The position numbers were made by a program, and so were the translations under genes. From the IMG/VR virus record IMGVR_UViG_3300043414_001288, positions 12,498 to 76,497 of that record: a stretch of 64,000 nt of DNA; one strand, 5' to 3'. Below are positions 58,488 through 64,000 of the stretch, piece by piece; within the stretch, counting starts at the first letter, position 1, and each line of letters opens with the position of its first letter. The notes beneath the pieces are model-generated. The model searched no databases. It was not told the origin of the DNA and saw nothing but the letters and a program-made list of their open reading frames with translations. The DNA is from a virus. Lineage: Duplodnaviria; Caudoviricetes.

Positions 58488-58686
58488 CGTATAATCTACA
58501 CTCTAATGCTTCTGGGTGGTCGTTGCAATATAATTGCAACGGAGTCGGAACTTTATCTTCATTTGGATTATTTTTTTGATAAGATAAAAGTTCCTGAAGA
58601 TAACTTTCCAGATATCTTTTTCTTTGTTCATTTTGCGAATAATGCACTTCTTCGCAAATTTTATCAATAAGTTCTTTTAATTCCAT
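58480..58686 (-). CDS. cp12: CP12 Calvin-cycle inhibitor (phage auxiliary metabolic gene)
   Basis: 68 aa. C-terminal PTPLQLYCNDHPEALECRLYDD has the C-x8-C pair and terminal YDD of CP12. Confidence 0.88.
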   Translation of the reverse strand: MELKELIDKICEEVHYSQNEQRKRYLESYLQELLSYQKNNPNEDKVPTPLQLYCNDHPEALECRLYDD

Positions 58687-58688
58687 TT

Positions 58689-60011
58689 TTAAAGATTTTT
58701 AGGTCCATATAGTCCGTAACTATCACGTATTAATCTAATAGATGTAAGCATTTTATTAGTAGGATCAAAATGATGTCTCAATTCTTTAATTAGGTAAAAT
58801 CCACTTTGTTCTGGATCTACTTCTCCATTATTTGAAGGTTCCATTTTTGGAAACTGTGCATAAATTATATCGCCACATTTTAAATTAATATTCAAAGGCA
58901 CATTCATATTTAGTGCTTGACTAAACAACAGATTATATCTTGAATAAGACATAGACATATCAGCACCACTTATTAATTTATCACCAATAGAACCATCAGG
59001 TTTTAATGCACCACGATCTGCAACTTTTACCATAATACGAGAAACACTATCTCCAAATTCTTCAGATACTGCAATACTTTCAGCAGCACCAAGTTTATTT
59101 TTAATTTGATCTTTTAATGTATACTTATATAAATCCAATGAATTACTATAAAGATCATAAAAATAAGTTTTATTTGCATACATACCAACTCTCAATGATT
59201 TCATTAAATCAATATTTTTTTCATAGTTATAATTAATAATTTTAAAGTTATTATTCAAGTCATTATGTTGAATTACAAATTGTTCATAACTATAATTATA
59301 AACTTTTTTCTTATTTGCGCTTGATTCTTCTATTCTTGTATTTGATACTAAACTATCAATACTTCTAAAATTAAATCCATCTCTATTTTCATAAAAGAAA
59401 AATCCAGCAGTTCCTTTTGCTATTCCACTTTGATCACCACCAGAAGTTCCTGTAGCACCTCCAGAAATTGCAGAAACTGCCTTTGGTCCTAACCACTGCA
59501 AAATATGAAATGGTTTCTTATTATTTCCAACAAAAGAATAAGAATTTGATGTTTGTTCTATATTTTCAGATTTGAATTTATTTGTCTTTAATACATCTTT
59601 AAGAATTTTAGTTACAGTAGTTTTTAAATTTCCTCTATAAACTGTTTCACACCTTACAGTTTCATTGGTCAAACCTTCTCTAGAAACAAGATGCAAAGTA
59701 AATGATTCATTTGTATTTTGTGCATCAAGATTACTTACCTTATACACATACATTGCATTTTCACCATCCAATAAAAATTTACCAGAAGCAGTTTCAATCT
59801 CCATCGAAACTTTTTCGCCACCACGAATTGGAAGTAAATTAAAGATAGAATATGAGTTAATCACATCCATCGTCATTGTTATACAAGGAGACAAAATATC
59901 TTCATAATAATCTATTGATGTGATTGAATTTGTTAAATCTTTTTTATTTCTACCATCCAATGATTGAATGGTGACTGATTGGTATCTTAAACCTTGTACT
60001 GCGATTGCCAT
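58689..60011 (-). CDS. Baseplate hub protein (gp27/late-control-D-like)
   Basis: 440 aa. ITSIDYYEDILSPCITMTM..LPIRGGEKV, FFFYENRDGFNFRSIDSL and SGFYLIKELRHHF..TSIRLIRDS. Positioned next to gp5. Confidence 0.6.
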   Translation of the reverse strand: MAIAVQGLRYQSVTIQSLDGRNKKDLTNSITSIDYYEDILSPCITMTMDVINSYSIFNLLPIRGGEKVSMEIETASGKFLLDGENAMYVYKVSNLDAQNTNESFTLHLVSREGLTNETVRCETVYRGNLKTTVTKILKDVLKTNKFKSENIEQTSNSYSFVGNNKKPFHILQWLGPKAVSAISGGATGTSGGDQSGIAKGTAGFFFYENRDGFNFRSIDSLVSNTRIEESSANKKKVYNYSYEQFVIQHNDLNNNFKIINYNYEKNIDLMKSLRVGMYANKTYFYDLYSNSLDLYKYTLKDQIKNKLGAAESIAVSEEFGDSVSRIMVKVADRGALKPDGSIGDKLISGADMSMSYSRYNLLFSQALNMNVPLNINLKCGDIIYAQFPKMEPSNNGEVDPEQSGFYLIKELRHHFDPTNKMLTSIRLIRDSYGLYGPKNL

Positions 60012-62182
60012 TATGATGAAGAGAGATTAGTGAGAAGCATATTCTTCCATAAACTATTTAATATATCACCTTCACTTGGAGATACAACAACAACTCCACC
60101 ACCACTACTTTGACCACCACCCATTGGAATAGGAACTGGAACAATAGAAGGTCGTGCTGCAACTTGTGGTTGCATATTTCCCATTAATACTACAGTTCCT
60201 GGTGTTTGTTCTGATGGAGTACCAATTGCTGCTGGTATTGGTTGAGTTGGTGCTGGTGCAACTCCGCCCATTTTAGAATAATCACCACGAAGAGCAGCAT
60301 CTACATTTGATTTAACTGCATCTAATTTCTTTTGATTTTTTTCTCTCAAATCACGAACATAAGCATTATACATTTCTTTATATTGCTTTACTTTCGGGTC
60401 TATTTTTTCTGGTGTTTGTGCCAAACCTTCAAATCCACTTGAACTTGAATATGTCTTTTGTCCCAAAAGTTGTGCTTTTAATTTAGGATCTTTAAGTATT
60501 TTATCACCATCTTTTGTTCCTTTTATAAAATCTTCAATTGGTTGTTGTTTTTCTATGGTATTGATTTTTTGGTCTGGTGCCCCTTTTGTTGCCGATGTTC
60601 CTGCCTTTGGTTTTACTTTTACATTACCACCAAATCTAAACAATTTATCTTCATATGGTTCTGGATTTGAAACTTTTCCATTCACATCAACCTCAAAATG
60701 TAAATGTGGTCCAGTTGAATGTCCAGTAGTTCCAATTTTTCCAATAACAGTTCCTGGATCTATTTTTTGTCCAGAAGTAACATTTATAGAACTTAAGTGT
60801 GCATAAAAACTACTCACCCCCCCTGGATGATTTACTTTAACTCTATTTCCATATCCATCATCTCTAAAACCAGCATCCGCAACAGTTCCTGGTTGAATAA
60901 CACTAATTGGAGTTCCTTGAGGTAAAGGATAATCAATACCATTATGATTTCTTTTTCTCCAAGAACTATAACCAAATTTATCTCCCTTTGGACTTGAACT
61001 TGGAAGAGCACCACCAGTTGATTCTAAATCTTGCAATTGTCCAGGAGTTGGAGATGTTGATTGATCCCTTTCACCATATTCACCATATTCAGTCATTTTA
61101 TCTTCAGTAGAAGCATTGGATGGTTGCTTTCCTGGCGCAGCACCCATACCACCAGCAATTTTTTCAAACTTACTTACAACTTTATCAAATTTATCAGTAA
61201 TACTTACAAATGTAACATTACTTGCAGATGCCGCTTCTCTCTGCGTTCTTTCTTGTTCTTTTAATCTTGCGCCCATTTTATCAGCACCAGTAACTTTATC
61301 TGCAATATTTCCTCCAAGTTCTCCACCTTTCCATCCACCAGCAAGGGATCCAATAATTCCACCTATCAATGCACCAGGAGCTGCACCAACACCACCAAAT
61401 AAAGAACCTATTCCTGCGCCTATTGCCGCACCTGCTTGACCACCAGCCCAAGCACCAGCAAGACCACCAGCAAGACCACCACCTGCACCAACTCCTGCCT
61501 GAAGATCTGATTGCCCTTCTCCCTTTCTTCCCATAAAGTCAAGACCAGCAAAAGCAACATTTAATATTCCACCAATTTTTCCAATTCTTCCTCTTGGTGC
61601 TTCTCCAAATCTACCACCTCCACTTCTTCCTGCTTGTCTATATTGTGCTGCAGTTTCTGCTGAAAAACCACCACCTTTTACTCCCTTTCCGTGCCCTGTA
61701 AGATATTCATACTCATTCATATCTGAATTTCTGAGTAATGCTCTATAAGCAGCAGAATTATTACTCGTTCCACCCTTACCAACAAGTCGTTTATAATCTC
61801 TTAAAGCAAACTTTTCACCTTTTGTTAGATTGCCTTTTTTGGTAAGATTTTTGATAATATCTTCATAACTTCCTTTGAACTTTCCTTTAGGGAGTCCAAA
61901 TTTACCTTTTAAAAATTTTGCTCCTTTTCTAATTCCAAGTGCAGCAAGAAGTGATCCAAATAATCCACCTCCGCCTTCTCCACCAAGATCAGATCCAACA
62001 GAAAACTCAAGATTTTCTACTTTTTTTATCTTGGGTAACTTTATTTTTTTAATATCTTTATTACTTGCACCTAACCAATTTACAAAAGCATCATAATCTT
62101 TTGCCCTTTTAGATAAAGGACGTTTAGTTTTTACAATATTATTTGCAGCAGTTAATAGTGGAGAAAAAGGTTTAGTTTCCAT
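60011..62182 (-). CDS. Tail/tape-measure-like protein with glycine zipper and M23 metallopeptidase domain
   Basis: HNGIDYPLPQGTPI (HxxxD), YGNRVKVNH..SFYAHL, TGHSTGPHLHFEV (HxH). Hydrophobic GxxxG zipper GAGGGLAGGLAGAWAGG... Confidence 0.8.
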   Translation of the reverse strand: METKPFSPLLTAANNIVKTKRPLSKRAKDYDAFVNWLGASNKDIKKIKLPKIKKVENLEFSVGSDLGGEGGGGLFGSLLAALGIRKGAKFLKGKFGLPKGKFKGSYEDIIKNLTKKGNLTKGEKFALRDYKRLVGKGGTSNNSAAYRALLRNSDMNEYEYLTGHGKGVKGGGFSAETAAQYRQAGRSGGGRFGEAPRGRIGKIGGILNVAFAGLDFMGRKGEGQSDLQAGVGAGGGLAGGLAGAWAGGQAGAAIGAGIGSLFGGVGAAPGALIGGIIGSLAGGWKGGELGGNIADKVTGADKMGARLKEQERTQREAASASNVTFVSITDKFDKVVSKFEKIAGGMGAAPGKQPSNASTEDKMTEYGEYGERDQSTSPTPGQLQDLESTGGALPSSSPKGDKFGYSSWRKRNHNGIDYPLPQGTPISVIQPGTVADAGFRDDGYGNRVKVNHPGGVSSFYAHLSSINVTSGQKIDPGTVIGKIGTTGHSTGPHLHFEVDVNGKVSNPEPYEDKLFRFGGNVKVKPKAGTSATKGAPDQKINTIEKQQPIEDFIKGTKDGDKILKDPKLKAQLLGQKTYSSSSGFEGLAQTPEKIDPKVKQYKEMYNAYVRDLREKNQKKLDAVKSNVDAALRGDYSKMGGVAPAPTQPIPAAIGTPSEQTPGTVVLMGNMQPQVAARPSIVPVPIPMGGGQSSGGGVVVVSPSEGDILNSLWKNMLLTNLSSS

Positions 62183-63990
62183 TATCCGTCTACAATATTA
62201 TAAACCATTCTTGAATATAATGTTAAAAAGTTATTTGGATTTGATGAAGGTAAAAATGGAGCAGTTGGTCCGTTTTGTTTTGGGGAAGGTGGTGTAGATA
62301 TTTTTCCTCCACCTCCAGATGGTGCTGGTTGAACTTGTGATTGTTGTTGGACTGGAACGACTTGTATTGATTGTTGACCTGGTGTTGGTTTTGGTATTGG
62401 TGCTTGTGGTGCTTGACCTGGTACTGGTTTTGGTGTTGGTGTCTGTGGTGCTTGGCCTGATGCTGGTTTTGGAACAGTAACAATTCCTCCCTTTGGAACA
62501 GACGAAGTTGTATTTACTTGTGCTATATATTTTTGCCAATTTGGTTGAGTCCAACCAGAAGGAGATACAGAATTTTTAGATGTTTGCCACGAATAATGAT
62601 AGTAATTTCCTTTAGTATCAACCATTGGGTCTTGACTAGCAACACGATTTTTCAATATTTCTTGCCCTTTAAAATCAGTTCTACCTTGAAGTTTTTCAAG
62701 TGCTGCTACCATTTTTGCCTGCCCTTCTGGAGATTTGAACATTGCTTCAAGTTTTGGAGAAAATCCTGGACGAGCACCACTTCCTGTAACTGCAGCATAT
62801 TGTCCAGGAGCCATAATCACATCTTTAACTGAATTTCCTTTTCCGGAAGCCATTCTATTTAAAACTGAAGCTGCTACTGCATATGGGTCATCACCAGGAC
62901 CAGCTTCACCACCAGCAACCATACCAAGATATTTGTAATCTTCATCACTAATTCCTTGTATTTTACCGCCTTTAACATTGCCAAGTGTATCACTTCCAGG
63001 ACTTGGGACGCTTGGACCAGCATTAGAACTACTAGGACTACCAGCACTTGTACTACCAGAAGATTTTGAACCACCAGAAGAACCAGAAGGTTTTTGACTT
63101 CCCGAACCTTTTCCTTTCAATAAACTTTCAATTACTTTATCAAATCTATCTAAAATAGAATTGAATTTATCTAAAACATTTCCCGGAACTTCTGGTGTAG
63201 TATATCCAGGTTGAATATTTTCACTATTATCAGGTTGAGAGAGACCACTTATAGCAGCACCAGTTCCAAGAGCAGCAGCACCACCTAAAAGTAATTTACC
63301 AATTCCTCCACCACCACTTGTTAATGCTTTTGGCATTTTTGATATTAAATTTCCTTTCTGTTTTATAGCAGGACCAGCAATATTTGGTGGTCGTTTTCCT
63401 CCTAATCCAGGAACCAATCCACCAACCAATCCACCAAGTGCTGACATTATAGCACCAAGTAATCCTCCGCCACCGCCACCACCAGAAAGTCCAGATATTT
63501 GTTCTATAATTTTTAGTATTACTTTTCTTAATGACTTTGCAACCTCAAAAGTTTCAGAAAAAGTAGTTTTTAAATTATCTACATTTTCTCTAATTCTATC
63601 TAAATTTTTCTTTGAACCAAAGAAAGTAATAAAAGCAAGTGCTTCTTTGAATTTATCAAAAAATCCACCAAATGGTTTAAACCCTTTTTCTTTTTTCTCG
63701 GGTGTTTTTTCTTTTTTAGTGGTATTGAAGATATTATTTACTGAACTAGTATTAAAAATATTTGATGCTAAATTGCTAATTAATGATTTTAAATTATTTG
63801 GTTTTGGTTTTATATTTCGGTCAAATCCAACAATTTTATTTTTCGCACCAGAAACAATAGAGTTTCCTATAGGAGAACCACCAGAAACAAAACGAAGTGC
63901 TTGTTCCTTTGTTGGTTTTTGTTTTCCTATAATTTTTTCTGGATGTATTCCGCTAAATTCTGCTAAAGGATCTCCTCTTTCCTTTAGCAT
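62182..63990 (-). CDS. Tail/baseplate-associated protein with SleB-like cell-wall hydrolase domain (start may lie upstream of the window)
   Basis: LGMVAGGEAG..YAVAASVLNRMASG..SVKDVIMAPGQYAAV is a SleB/Hydrolase_2-like signature. Pro/Gln-rich C-tail. No in-frame stop between 63990 and the window edge. Confidence 0.7.
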   Translation of the reverse strand: MLKERGDPLAEFSGIHPEKIIGKQKPTKEQALRFVSGGSPIGNSIVSGAKNKIVGFDRNIKPKPNNLKSLISNLASNIFNTSSVNNIFNTTKKEKTPEKKEKGFKPFGGFFDKFKEALAFITFFGSKKNLDRIRENVDNLKTTFSETFEVAKSLRKVILKIIEQISGLSGGGGGGGLLGAIMSALGGLVGGLVPGLGGKRPPNIAGPAIKQKGNLISKMPKALTSGGGGIGKLLLGGAAALGTGAAISGLSQPDNSENIQPGYTTPEVPGNVLDKFNSILDRFDKVIESLLKGKGSGSQKPSGSSGGSKSSGSTSAGSPSSSNAGPSVPSPGSDTLGNVKGGKIQGISDEDYKYLGMVAGGEAGPGDDPYAVAASVLNRMASGKGNSVKDVIMAPGQYAAVTGSGARPGFSPKLEAMFKSPEGQAKMVAALEKLQGRTDFKGQEILKNRVASQDPMVDTKGNYYHYSWQTSKNSVSPSGWTQPNWQKYIAQVNTTSSVPKGGIVTVPKPASGQAPQTPTPKPVPGQAPQAPIPKPTPGQQSIQVVPVQQQSQVQPAPSGGGGKISTPPSPKQNGPTAPFLPSSNPNNFLTLYSRMVYNIVDG

Positions 63991-64000
63991 TGTTTTAGAA

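Noticed and set aside
1-64000. Eukaryotic giant virus or bacterial chromosome origin
   Set aside because: T4-type late promoters, gp5 OB-fold, S74 chaperones, cp12 and single-strand gene packing point to a T4-like cyanomyovirus.

Overview
64 kb of the late (virion structural) region of a large T4-like myovirus, most likely a cyanophage (cp12, a gp5-like baseplate gene, T4-type TATAAATA late promoters, tRNA-Leu(UAA)). Every credible gene is on the minus strand; the plus-strand ORFs are antisense shadows of repeats. In transcription order (right to left): two tail/hub proteins with SleB-like and M23 wall-hydrolase domains, a hub protein, cp12, a gp5-like gene and spike genes; several tail fibres with chaperones; a small sigma70-promoter island (stand-alone Prim-Pol-like ORF, small ORF, short-armed tRNA-Leu); a run of very large fibre/tailspike genes (2042, 1499, 2203, 1260, 1020 and 2711 aa) with an S8 protease among them; a sulfotransferase/GT9 cassette behind a perfect sigma70 promoter; and a recently duplicated family of glycine-rich adhesin-like genes. 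The most striking observation is in the 1499-aa tailspike-like protein (32959-37458): five phycobiliprotein-like units, each with the KC(A/K)RD(L/I)GY/F motif of the bilin-binding cysteine and a second Cys at a beta-155-like position, arranged as five N-halves followed by five C-halves, which suggests nested domains. All product calls come from motif recognition by eye; no database search was run.
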